A stretch of DNA of 64,000 nucleotides from Octopus sinensis (Eukaryota). Of the stretch, positions 38,816-51,169 are shown in pieces. A program made the position numbers and the translations under genes. Position 1 is the stretch's first letter. Each line of letters begins with the position of its first letter. The notes below the pieces were generated by a model. It ran no database searches, was not told the origin of the DNA, and saw only the letters and a list, made by a program, of their open reading frames with translations. Location: positions 23,188,001 through 23,252,000 of the forward strand of contig NC_043016.1 of NCBI RefSeq assembly GCF_006345805.1, read 5' to 3'.

Positions 38816-38859
38816 TTATTCTTCTTCCCATACATCACCATATTCGTTTTTAGATTTAA
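38816..38859 (-). CDS. OCIAD1: OCIA domain-containing protein 1 (asrij), terminal coding exon: (V)KSKNEYGDVWEEE*
   Basis: Minus-strand acceptor ttgttttgctttcag; phase 1 start matches the upstream exon. Matches the family C-terminal N-x-YGD-x-W motif (human KVNKYGDTWDE, recalled). Confidence 0.9.
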
Positions 38860-40159
38860 CTGAAAGCAAAACAAATACAAATAAATAATTAAGAATGTTG
38901 TGACAATGATGTTAGTGGTAGATTATTGCACTAAAAAGATGTTTTATAGTGTTTAAATTTATCTTTATTACATTCTGAATTGCACACACACACACAAAAT
39001 CTAAGTTAAACTTTAATCTTTCTTTAGAATATAAAATAAATACCAATATTATATTAGTATTGTTTCAGTAGATTTTGTTCAATAGCACTATAAACTTGGT
39101 ACCACACAAATCAAAAAACACATACCAAACACTGTGTTTTTTTTTCTATTCATCAACAATACATAACTAAAAGCAGACTCAAACCCTTATGTCTGATGGT
39201 ACCCCAAGCAAGCAAAGTTCAGGCACCCTTACAAGTATAATTTTTTAAAAAAATTTTCACAAGAAAATCATGTAAATGTAGGAATTAAAGTATTTATTAC
39301 AACTTTTATTACAAAAAGCAATAAAGTTTTAATTTTATTTATTATTTTCATCTTTCTCCCCTTTATGTCTAGATCTCAAATTCATAATCTGTTGTTATCC
39401 ATTGTTGCCTCTTAGACTTCACAAACTAGAGCTTCTAATAGTCTCATTGTCCACTCTAAGCAATGTGAAGTTTAAGCAAGCTGAGTTATCTACCTTCTCT
39501 CTACAGACTAATATTAATTTAAAATTTTGGCACAAAGCCAGCAATTTCAGGGGAAGGGTAAATCGATCACATTGACGCGAGTGCTCAACTGGTACTTATT
39601 TTATTGAATCTGAAAGGATGAAAAGCAAAGATGACCTGGGGGAATTAGAACTCAGAATGTGAAGATGGACGAAATGTGGAAGCTCACAGAAAGAGGCTGT
39701 TTTTGTTCAAGAGTGAAAGACTTAATCCAATACCCATTGTTACATTGACATCTCATCCTAGTAGGGTCCACCCTGTTATAAGTATTTGGATCAGGTCTCC
39801 AGTCTGAGGATAACTACTTTCTTTGCACCTGTCACAGAGGTATTGGATAAAATTATTAGTACTACTCTTCTTTTACTCTGTTGTAATTCATAAAGTTGGG
39901 TAGCAATTTGGAATAAAGAAATAAAGACTTTGCTGGCTACTTTCTTTCTTACTTGGTTATCTGTTACCAAACTCCACTGGCAAGGGCTGGTGGCAAAACA
40001 AGTGAAGGCTGCAGTCACTGCAGAGAACAGTCAGAGAAAAGGGAGACTTTCCCCTTAAACCATATTCAGAGGCAATCACAGTGCAGTGTTAGATCCACAA
40101 CCAGTTAGCCTCTTCCTCTGACTAAGCAATTAAGAAATAATAAAAATAATAATAATTAC

Positions 40160-40354
40160 CTGGCATATTTGATGAAGATCTTGGTACTCTAATAGGTATA
40201 CTATCTTGTTCTTGTCTAGACTCAGGAACAGAAGGTGGCGGTGATGATGGAGGTTTTGTCTGTTTTGTCCATCTTGAATATTGGCCTTCTGTATATGACT
40301 TCCTATTCTGGCGTCGGAGGTCTTCATATGATTTGTATTCCTGATTTTGTGCAT
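40160..40354 (-). CDS. OCIAD1: OCIAD1 coding exon: (D)AQNQEYKSYEDLRRQNRKSYTEGQYSRWTKQTKPPSSPPPSVPESRQEQDSIPIRVPRSSSNMP
   Basis: Acceptor tttttctcattcag, donor CAG|gtaatt; 195 nt, phase 1-1, open. Contains the YE(D/E)LR-x2-NR motif typical of OCIAD1/asrij (human TYEELRNKNRESY, recalled). Confidence 0.92.
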
Positions 40355-41168
40355 CTGAATGAGAAAAACCATGAAGTAATTTTGATTGTTTTTTATTCTC
40401 TCACTGGTTTCGACCACTGGACTACAGCCATGCAGGGGACCCACCTTGAAATCAATCATATTACCTCACAGCTTGTTTCATTGATCTTTAACAGCTGAAC
40501 TGCTAAGTTATAGGGCATAAAGGAACACAATATAAACAACAGTAGTTTTATAGAGTAAAAATAGACATACCCACATAAACACACACACATACATATATAT
40601 CATCATCATCATCATCATCATTTAACGTCCGTTGTCCATGCTGGCACACTGGAAGGCCGCACCAAACTCCAGTCTGATTTGGTATGGTTTTCTAAGACTG
40701 GATGCCTTCCCTTATGCCAACAACTCTGAGAGTGTAATGGGTGCTTTTACGTTTCACCGGCACAGGTGACACAGGTATCTGCCATGACTACGATTTTGCT
40801 TGTCTTGATGGGTCTTTTTCTGAAGTATGACTTAATGCCAAAGGTCTTGGTCATTGACTCCATGAGGCCAAAAGCTCAAAAGAAACTCAGCCTTCATGAG
40901 GTCCAATGCTTGAAAGGAACTCAGCCATCTTCCCTCTGAGAGACTCATCACTTGAAAGGGAATTCAGCCACTTTGCCTCCATAACAGTACGTGTGTATGC
41001 ACAAACACACAAATATAAGATGCAGGTATGGTTGTGTGGATAGGAACATTGCTTAGGAACCACATTGTTGAAGGTTTGATACACTGTCAAACTAATACCT
41101 TCCACAGCAACTGCTGATTTATGAATGAAATTGGCAGACAGAAACTGTATGAAGTTTGTCATATATAA

Positions 41169-41202
<34 letters not shown>

Positions 41203-41904
41203 ATGTGTATATATATATATATATATATATGGTGGTTGCCTACTCCCTATGCAGAGTCTGACCACTTCTTGTACTTACACCTTAGATCTATAATGGCATC
41301 TGATGTGGCTTTTTAAACCAATTTTTTAAAAAGACACTTACATAAATTGCATATCTGCTTTTGGACCACCAAGAGTTGCATTAAGTTCAATCTTAGTAGA
41401 TCTTAACATGTCTTTTGAGGCCTCCATCAGATTTGCAGATCTTATATGGCATACACACATGTGTGTGTGTGTACATTTGTGTCTTCTTGCCTTGATGTTT
41501 GCATGTTGATCAAAACAAAAGTTCTCATTCAGTGTCATTTGTGTACAAATGAATTGTTCAATGCTTGAAGTTACAAGGAGAAATATTTTGCTTTGCTTGG
41601 AAACAGGTGAGGGATGGCAACAGAAAAACCTTCTGGTCACAGAAAATCTATCTCAAGTTTTATCAGCCATGCAAGCATGGAAAAGTGGGAGTTAAGATGA
41701 TGATGGTGATGATGTATATGTAATGTGTATATAAAGATAGTCGATGAGAAAGCATCGTAGCTCTTTGTTCTGACGTTCGAAACTCTGATTACTATAATGA
41801 CAACCTTTTACAGTTTGTTCTAAATTTTAACATATAAAATAATACTCTATTTCTCTAATATCGAGGTCTCATTCTCTTGTTGCTTTTTATTATATATATG
41901 TGTA

Positions 41905-41944
<40 letters not shown>

Positions 41945-41945
<1 letters not shown>

Positions 41946-42575
41946 AGAAGCTTGCTTCCTAACCATATGGTTCTGGGTTCAGTCCCACCGTGTGGTACCT
42001 TGGGCAAGTGTCTTCTACTATAACCTTACACTAACCAAAGCTTTGTGAGTGGATAAGGTAGACAGAAACTGAAAGAAGCACACTTTATATATATATATAT
42101 ATATATGTATATGTCTATTTGTGTATGTCTTTGTCCTCTACCGCCACTTGACAATTGGTGTTGGTGTGTTTATGTTTCAGTTTCTTAGCAGTTTGGCAAA
42201 AGAGACCGATAAAAGATAAAAGACATTTTTATACATACATACATATATATATATATACATATCACTGCACAGCACCTTGGGAAAGCATCTTCTACTATAG
42301 CCTCAGGTCAACCAAAGTCTTGTGAGTGGATTTGGTAGATGGAAACTGAAATATGTATGTATGTATTTATGTGTGTGTGTGTTTGTCCCCACCATTGCTT
42401 GACAATCAGTGTTGATGTGTTTATGTCCTTTTAACTTAATGGTTCAACAAAAGAAACTGATAAAATAAACACTAGGCTTAAAAAGAATAAGTCCTGGAGC
42501 CAATTTCTTGGATTAAAACACTTTAGGTTAGTGCTCCAGCATGGCTGCAATCAAATGACTGAAACAAGTAAAAGA
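41945..42575 (+). mobile_element. Two tandem SINE family A copies in an OCIAD1 intron
   Basis: Two successive caccttggg...ggatttggtaga...gacaa blocks. Confidence 0.8.
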
Positions 42576-43058
42576 AACAAAAAAAATATATACATTATAT
42601 ATGACCTATTATCTACATATATATATTTAAAATAGTAGGGGGTAATGTGCAGAATTTCTAACAGGTTGAATAATTATATGAAGTTGAAGTGAGTAACTCC
42701 ATATCCTCTACTGAAGAATTTTCTAAAACCACATGGCATTGGGGTGGAAGTAAAACCATAGCAATATGATCTTTTTAAAGTTAAAGATGTATTTTTCTCT
42801 CATCTCAGATATACCTCCATCTCTAAGCTTTCATGCACCTGGAATTCTTCCATAGTACTGACCCCACACCAATCTAGAGTCGCTTTTTGTTCATCCAGAA
42901 AGCTATAATCTATTGTTGTAGACTTTTTTGTATCTAGCATAATAATTTTCTTATAATGTCCAATGAGGAAAACGATTTTAAAAATTGGTACCTTCCCACT
43001 GCCGGCTCACTCCTCCTCCAAAAAAAATGTAAAATTAAAAAGTAACAATATATTTTAC

Positions 43059-43210
43059 CCTGAGACTGGTCACCTAATGAAAAGGTGGGAAGTGGTTCTT
43101 TTGGTTCGGCCTTTGACTGAAAGACATTAGAATCTTCAAAAATCTTTGTATCGCTTGTCGTCAGCGTAGTATCCATAGGAACTTCGGGAACAAATTCTGT
43201 TGTTGGTTGA
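43059..43210 (-). CDS. OCIAD1: OCIAD1 coding exon: (S)QPTTEFVPEVPMDTTLTTSDTKIFEDSNVFQSKAEPKEPLPTFSLGDQSQ
   Basis: Acceptor tttttttatatag, donor CAGG|gtaaaa; 152 nt, phase 2 to 1, fitting both neighbours. This is the poorly conserved linker, so the call rests on splice sites and phase. Confidence 0.8.
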
Positions 43211-46200
43211 CTATATAAAAAAAACAAACAAAAAAAGCAAATTTCAGAACCTGAAAAGGCATTAGCAAAATATCTTTCTCCACTTCTTTTTAATTATCTT
43301 AGCTAATTTTGTAAATTCAGAGACTCACAAGATATGTGGCTGATCAATATGTATTGTGATTTTAGAATGTAGGTGGGTGTGTATCAAGTTAAATATCTGT
43401 TCAGAAAAAACATATGTAAGATATATCCTGCTTGCATCTATATTCAATATGTCCATCTATCTAGTCAGTATCTACACACCGTTTCTATCCATCTCTTCAA
43501 TAACCACAGGGTCTATAAGAGTGTAGGACAAAAATGGAGTCAATGTTTAACTTTTTTCCAAAATTAGAATAGACATAGAAATTTACAATTTTACATTCAC
43601 TCTACCACCAAAATGTATTCATCATTTTTATTGCTTGAATCTGCACACTGTGCACCAGGGTAGTTTACTGTGGAATTTTTTCCAGATTTCAGAACCCCCA
43701 CCTGCACCCCCGAAGACAAAACACGAATCAATTTTTAAATGATAATTTTTTTTGTTCTTATAATTTGTAGTTTATGAACACTTCTCTAAGCTGTAAAATA
43801 TTATTTAATTAATCTAATCACAAAACTCTAATAACTCTAATCACAAAAAATGAATATAATAAAAAGAACATCATACTGTATCTTTAAAAAACGAAAACAA
43901 AAAACAATATTGAAAACCTCATAAAAGTTCATTTTACTACAACCCAATGCCATATCCTATGCCATTCAGAAATTCTTAGATGGTTTCCTCTCATTCACAT
44001 AGTCCAGAGTGGGGTTTTGCTTAGACCTTATGTCTATATATCCTGTTAAACATCTACACACCATATCTATATATCCAGTCAACATTTCTACACTGCATAT
44101 TTTTGTTTACTGAATATCTCAATTAGCCAACATATAATGAGATATAAGACAAATTCCTTGTATAAGCATCTAAGACAAAGATATTGTACAGTTCATGTTT
44201 ATGAATGCAGTACCTGGTAAGAGAGATAGTTTATCTTCAGATAAAATTTTAAATGGAATATTGTAAATAAATAAACTGAGAAACATTATTTTTGAAAAAA
44301 TAAAAAAATAACAAGCAATCAAAACAAAAACTAATAATTTCTAGCAAAGCATAAAGCCAAAAATTATTGGAAAGGAATGGCTGATTAAATTGACCTCAGT
44401 GCTTGAATAGTACTATTTTGTTGTTCCCAGAAGGCTGAGAGGGAAAGTTAACATTGGTGGGATTTGAACTCAAACATAAATAGCCAAAACAAATAAACAA
44501 AGACATTCAATCCAATGCTCTAACGAATTTGCCAATTCTTTAATTTATTTTACATCTGTATTTCCCAGTTTATGCCTGCCAAATTCAACATACAAGGAAT
44601 CAGTCGACAGGACTAGAAGAATATTGCTAAAAAATGCGACACAGTGTGTGAGCTGTACATTTACAAAGCAAACTTCTGAGACCTAACGTCTACGTCTGTG
44701 TCTTTTGGATTAGTATGTAGTTAAAAAAAAACAACCCCAAAACAATTAAATAAAAACAGATTCAATAAAAAAAAACCTAGTCTTATATCTTGATTAAAAA
44801 TATTAATTCCCATGTAATCGTTTGTATACATTCTCACTATTATCAATATAATTGGAAAGATATAGGTCACACTGACATATTTGTAGAAAAAATTATACAC
44901 ATCGTTTATGTATTGTATAAGTTTATTGTTCATGTAGTAAGCTACGAAATTCTTACAGACTGCCTTATGGTCCCAGTAGACAAAATAGAAAAGGCGTTGT
45001 CCCGGAGGATGGGGAGGGAGATGTGCTGGAACAGTCAAATTCACTGGACTCACACTTGCAGGGTCCAAGAATGTTGGAGGTCTCCACTGCCACGATGAAC
45101 TTATGGCAGTGGTAACCCAGTCAGAGAGCAGCCGATACTTTGACAGTTTGCTTTTCTCAGTCTGACGAGCAACGGAGCTTGGGCTGGTAGCTGAACACAC
45201 AAAGTTTGCAAGATTCTTGATGTGAAATCGTGTTTGGAAAGAGATATTGTCATACTTGGGGATGGTCACCTCTTGCCTATTAAAGACACGCTGCGCGTGT
45301 TCAATCGGTAACAGATAACCATCCCCAAGTATAACAATAAATATACATAATCACTATCACTTACATTCACTTGATTTCTGCAGCTAGATGCACTTCCTAT
45401 TGCTAGACATTTTACACACGGTGCTGGGAGCATTTTCTCGTGGTTAGGAGATGGACTAATGGCAGAAGAAAGACCAGAAATAGTTGAGAGTATGTGGGGA
45501 TAGGAGTTCAAGTGAAGAGAGTGCTCAGTAGTAACTTAGGGCATGACGTTAGAGAGGGATGAGAGGGAGAGAGAAGAAAACCCAGAATGGGTGAGAAGTT
45601 AGAAAGGGCAAGAGTATGATGGGTAAAGATAGGGATATCTAGTGGTGGAGTCAATAGAGGAATGATTGGCAATAGAAGAGGTGAACAAAGGTTAAGAGTT
45701 GATGATGGGATGAAGGGACAAAGTAGGAATTAGTTGGCAATAAGAGAGTGCTGGCTGGTAGGGTGCTAGAATATATGTGGCAGGTATCCAACATAGCCTC
45801 TCACTGGTGAGCCTAGACAAGGGTGAGGGCAGAAATGGTAGAGAGATGAGAGATGGAAGGCAGTGAGATGGGAGAGGGTCATCGAAGGGGGAGTAAGCAA
45901 TAAAGATATGAGACAGTGGTGCACTTCATTTTTATATTTGGCTTGCAGATTCTTCATGTGAATTTGTGTGTTGAAACAAATCTTGTAGTGTTTTGGATTG
46001 GCGAGGAGTGGGGTGGGGGCTTATGCCAAATTAACACATTCATGGTTCAATATCACTTCTTTAATGTTAGTCAATCAGTGGGCCGGTTAAATATCTAACC
46101 AATCTTTTGTTTAATTTGTTGGTTAAACAATCAATCAGCTGTTTGTTTATCAAAGTCCTTTTATAACTATTTGTGACCGCATCAATGACATGCATCTTCT

Positions 46201-46248
46201 CTTCAAAATCTGCCTTATATAGTATGAAATAATACAGAACATGGATTA

Positions 46249-46645
46249 AGGCGCAGGAGTGGCTGTGTGGTAAGTAGCTTGCTTACCAATCACATGGTTC
46301 TGGGTTCAGTCCCACTGCATGGCACCTTGGGAAAATGTCTTCTACTATAGCCTCAGGCTGACCAAAGCCTTGTGAGTGGATTTGCTAGATAGAAACTGAA
46401 AAAAGCCCGTCGTATATATGTATGTATATATATATATGTTTGTGTACCTTTGTTTGTTCCCCAACATCACTTGACAATTGATGGTGGTGCGTTTACGTCC
46501 CTGTAACTTAGCAGTTCAGCAAAAGAAAATTATAGAGTAAGTACTAGGCTTCCAAAGAATAAGTCCTGGGGTCGATTTGCTTGACTAAAGGCGGTGCTCC
46601 AGCATGGCCACAGTCAAATGACTGAAACAAGTAAAAGAGAGAGTA
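46249..46645 (+). mobile_element. SINE family A, full-length copy
   Basis: aggcgcaggagtggctgtgtgg...caagtaaaagag. Confidence 0.88.
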
Positions 46646-46656
46646 GGAGTAAGTAA

Positions 46657-46880
46657 TGGATACTGTTCACTGGCCATGTACTTTGGTTACCGCAGCACAG
46701 ACATGCTACCATCACAATGGAGTGGACACCAAAAGGAGGAAAAAGACCGAGTGAAAGATCAAGGAAGACGTGGCACAATACATTCCAGGACAACATGATA
46801 GTGATGGAAATCAACCCAAGTTGAGTAAAAAGGAAAGCCAACAATTGGGATGCTGGATGACAGCTTGCTGCACATTGTAC
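46657..46880 (+). mobile_element. 3' end of a second RTE-like LINE family
   Basis: Translation GHVLWLPQHRHATITMEWTPKGGKRPSERSRKTW is an RTE-type C-terminus distinct from the main family. Confidence 0.65.
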
Positions 46881-47137
46881 TGATAGCACTGAAGGCTCTT
46901 GGAGCTAAGAGTAAGATGAAAGACCAACTAGAATTGGCATTAATTGGAATACCTTCCAATTTTTATTTCATCCTATGCAATAGCCCTAAACTGTATGAAT
47001 GCTCCATCTGCTGGATCAGCAGCAGGAGTTTAACTTAGTTATTATTCAGAGCCACAGCCTGATATGGTAATTTGTTGTGCATTTAGAGCATCCAATTTCA
47101 AGCATGTATGTGTACATAGATGATGATGATGATGATT

Positions 47138-47290
47138 GGAGTGGTTGGCGTTAGGAAGGGCATCCAGCCGTAGAAACACTGCCAGATCAGACTGGGCCTG
47201 GTGCAGCCTTCTGGCTTCCCAGACCCCAGTTGAACCGTCCAACCCATGCTAGCATGGAAAGCGGACGCTAAATGATGATGATGATGATGA
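47138..47290 (+). mobile_element. Very young 5'-truncated RTE tail inserted in (GAT)n
   Basis: Flanked on both sides by (GAT)n; near-identical to 19770-19910. Confidence 0.85.
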
Positions 47291-47569
47291 TATATATATA
47301 ATAATAATATGAGGGAATATAATTTCAAACTTACAGGGAAAAATTCAGTTTAGAAATACTAAATCAAATTTCCCAAAATATATATATATAAATTAGAAAA
47401 AAAACACCTTTTATCAATTCAATAATGAAAAATTAAGTTATACCATTTAGAAAAATTACATATTATAAAAAGATTAAATATAAGATAAAACATATAACGA
47501 TGATTAAGTAATGTGCAAAATAATAGATAAAACGTATATATATATATATATAGGCTTCTAAACACTTGT

Positions 47570-48660
47570 GTCAAGGTATGTTTTGCTATGAATGGATGGG
47601 TTCTCTATAGCACTACATACTGCCAATCAAACAGTTCTTTCTGACCTCAACAGTAGAAGCAGCATTTTCAGGTCAGCCTTCGCCACTTCCTCCTTTGGTT
47701 TCCCTCATCTGCAAGTTCCACTAGCTTGAAATTCATGGTACAGCAGTCATTATCTATATGCATCAAATGCCCATATCATTGTAGTCTTCTTTCTTGCACA
47801 CTACACCTGACTCCCCCCCCCCCCTCTTAGCTCATTTGACTTTGAGCATTCATGCATACTAACATTACTCATCCATTTGAACAAGCGAGATCCATATCTT
47901 TCTAATGTTCTCAAGTCTTCTGCATTCAATGAAACTTCGTAAGTCTCACTTTCATGCAGTTCTAACTCAAGCATACAATTTGCCCTTCACTCAGAGAGGA
48001 TAGATTTTGTTGCCTGCAGTGGTGGTAACTCCCTGAACTTTTTCCTAATTCTTAACCTGGTTACTATACTTTTTGAATCATCACCTTTCCCGCTAATTAT
48101 GTCATTTAGATAACAGATTATTTTTAGTGAGCCATACAAGCATTTAAGAGAAACTATTTCCAGTGTGCTAATAATACATATTGTTCCAGTGCATTAATCA
48201 CATACAAACCTTATGTTCTGTGTCAACCTGCCTTGTGGTTCTATTACTCTTCTTGTGTGTGCATAGCTTGCATTGAGTACAGTGAATGGAATTTATACCT
48301 ACTCCTTTTCTGCATATTGAGCAAGGCCATTTTCTTGAATTATTAAAACATTAGTTTTTGCTAAGTTTACTTTGAGGTCACATGATTCTAAGCTTAACCA
48401 CCAAGCACGGTATTTCTTTCTAATTCCATTATAGATTCAGCTATGAGAACTAGATCATCAACATAGAAGATTTCTTGTGGACAATTGGTCTTGAAATCCT
48501 ATGTGATGACCAGTAGGACTATGATAAATAGAGAGACTGAATACTGAGCCTTGCTGGACACTTATCTTCCTAATAAATTTGTCACTGAATTCATCCTTGA
48601 CTCTCACATTATTTAATCCATTTTTGTACATAGCTTGAACAGCCCTCACAACACCCCCCA
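47570..48660 (-). mobile_element. Old RTE RT fragments
   Basis: VVRAVQAMYKNG...VRV...QQGSV (ORF 48458-48661); heavily decayed. Confidence 0.65.
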
Positions 48661-50454
48661 CCCCATGTGCGTTTTACAGTTGGCTTTTTCATGCTACAAT
48701 GGGCTTGATGAAAAATGCATTGAGGCATTGTTTTACACATGGATGCCTTTCCTGTCACTAACATTTACCAATTGCTCAATCAACTGAATGATCAGCTAAC
48801 TGATTATAGTCCAAGTGGTTGAGTGTAACACAGATGCATGTTCCCTTAATGTAATCCTCAGAGAGAATTAAGTGTGATACTGTGTGACATGGTTGTACTT
48901 TTAAATTATGGGTACAATCCAATTGACATGCTTCCACATAGTTCCTTTCTACTCAGTTTCATGCACAAAACTTGAGTTAAGCAAAGCTATAGTAAAAGAT
49001 ACATGCCCCAGCTGGAAAGTATTGTTGCGGTTGTTGAGAAGCTTACTTTCCAGCCTTATAGTCTTGGGTTCAGTCCCACTACGCAGTACCTTGAGGAAGC
49101 ATCTTCTACTAAAGCCCTGGGCCATCTAAAGACTTGTGAATGAATTTGGTAAACAGAAACTGAAATGTGGTCTTTAAAAAATGATAATGATGACAATAAA
49201 ATCTATTGATATTGAACGTCCAATTCATACACAGAATTTCTCATTCAATGCTCATTACAGTGAGACTGTTTTGACTCATAATGATCAATTTTAAAAATGG
49301 GATTTTTCATTGCAGTTGATAACCATGAATAATACAGAGAGATGCAAGGTATTTTCTACATTTGGAAAATAACACACCAAAGAATTGTCAGTTATTGAAT
49401 GATAAAACAGTAAAACTACAAGGCCTTGTCTGGTACCAGTATGGAAATTAAGTCCATGCTTAAACATTTCAGTAAAATGTTCAGATTATAGGTGCAGGCA
49501 CACATTCATATCTGTGTGCATGTCTTTATACCTGTGTTTGTCCCTGCCATTGCTTGACAACTAGTGTTGGCTTGTTTACATCTCCCATAACTTACCGATT
49601 AAGCAATGGAGAATGACAGATATTACCAGACTTAAAAATAAAATAAGTACTTGGGTCAAGTTGTTCAACCAAACCCTTCAAAACAGGACCCCAGCATCAC
49701 TATAGTCTAATGATCGAAATGAGAAAAAATTTAAAAAGTAAATATTTTTTTTTAACCAAGATGTTTTCCAGATCTTTGAGAAATGATTTGACGATATTTA
49801 ATTCTTTAGTATTTCTATGGCTGGATGCCTTTTCTAATGCCGACCACTTTACAGCATGTACTGGATTACCATGCAGCTCACAAGACTGAACTTTAAGGGA
49901 TGGGGACACTTTTTGTTTAAAGTATGAGAAAAGTGGGTAGAGCGGGTTTCTTTTTGTAGAGAAGTGATATGGCAACTCCCATTTAGAAGAGAGGGTGAGA
50001 ATGATTAGTAGGAGCTTCAAAGAGATAAAGTGGTGAAAAAGCATCCAGGTAGCCTCTCAAGGCACAGAGTGAGTAGAAGTGAGAGGAGACAGAGGCACTA
50101 GAAGTATGGATGGGAGATAGGGGAAAAGAGAGAAGAGATAGCAAGTGTAGGAACTTTCTATATACCCAAACCTTCATAAATTGTTTGGTAGAACCTGACG
50201 ACAAAACATAGAACAAAGTAAAAGTTAATTGATTCTCATTAGATGTATTGGAGTAGAATCCAAAGAAATGGAACAATACATGGATCATATTTTCATTTCA
50301 CAGATATGATCCAAAACATTGGATCCAGTTAGATTGCTGAACTCCTTACATGTTGTTTTAGATAGGTATGATATATGTTTGTATATATTTCTATAAGTTC
50401 TGGCAGACAAAGGAAAATCCTGGTTAATAATTCTAACAACACCAAGTAATTTTC

Positions 50455-50986
50455 ACAATTACATGACAGAGAAAGTTGAACCAAAAGCTTGGCAATACCT
50501 GTTCAGAGGCTATGCAAAGTCGCAGAAAGTGTGTCAAGAGGATTGTATGAGCCGCACACAAGGGAATGAGCAGTTCAGATGTTTCCAAGATGGGCGAAAA
50601 ATGTTGATAGTGATGAACTTGCTGGGAGACCCGCAACCAGCAGAACTGAGAAAAACATCCCAAGAGTGGTGTGGATGTGTGGTAAGAAGCTTGCTTCTTA
50701 GCCACATGGTCCCGGGTTCAGTCCCACTGTGTGGTACCTTAAATCAAATCCCGCTTGAAGGAAAGAAGAGTTCAGGATGTCAAGGATCAAAGTGAATGCA
50801 ATGAGGCAGCTGCTGATTATCCCAGGAAACAAGTTCCAGGAATGCTTCCATCAATGGAAACAGTGCTGCATTAAGAATGAGGCTTCTGAAGGGGACTACT
50901 CTGAAAGAGATTAAATGCCAAATTGGTATGTGTTGTAGTTTTGTTTTTATAGCACCAATCTAGATACATGTTGATCAGATCTCGTA
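50455..50986 (+). mobile_element. Internally deleted mariner transposon with a SINE A head at the deletion point
   Basis: N-terminal HTH-like CMSRTQ.NEQFRCFQDGR/NVDSDE.AGRPATSR; C-terminal IKSRLKG...FQECFHQWKQC...EGDY; right end GATCAGATCTCGTA. SINE fragment at 50664-50740. Confidence 0.8.
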
Positions 50987-51169
50987 CCATATCTTTATCT
51001 AACTTAAAACCTAGTTATTTAATCAAATTATAATTGCTTTCAGGATCTAATAGCACATGCAGTAAGAAGTTTGCTTCCTATCCACATGGTTTGGGATTCA
51101 GTCCCATTGCATGGCATCTTGGGCAAATGACCCTATTAAAGCTCTGGCCTAGCCAAAACATTGTGATTA

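Noticed and set aside
40235-40498. Plus-strand 87-aa ORF and minus ORF 40130-40459
   Set aside because: Shadow and wrong-frame readings of the true OCIAD1 exon 40160-40354.
44957-45350. In-frame cassette exon of OCIAD1
   Set aside because: The intron is phase 2, the only open frame ends in phase 1 at the 44957 donor, and no good acceptor was found.
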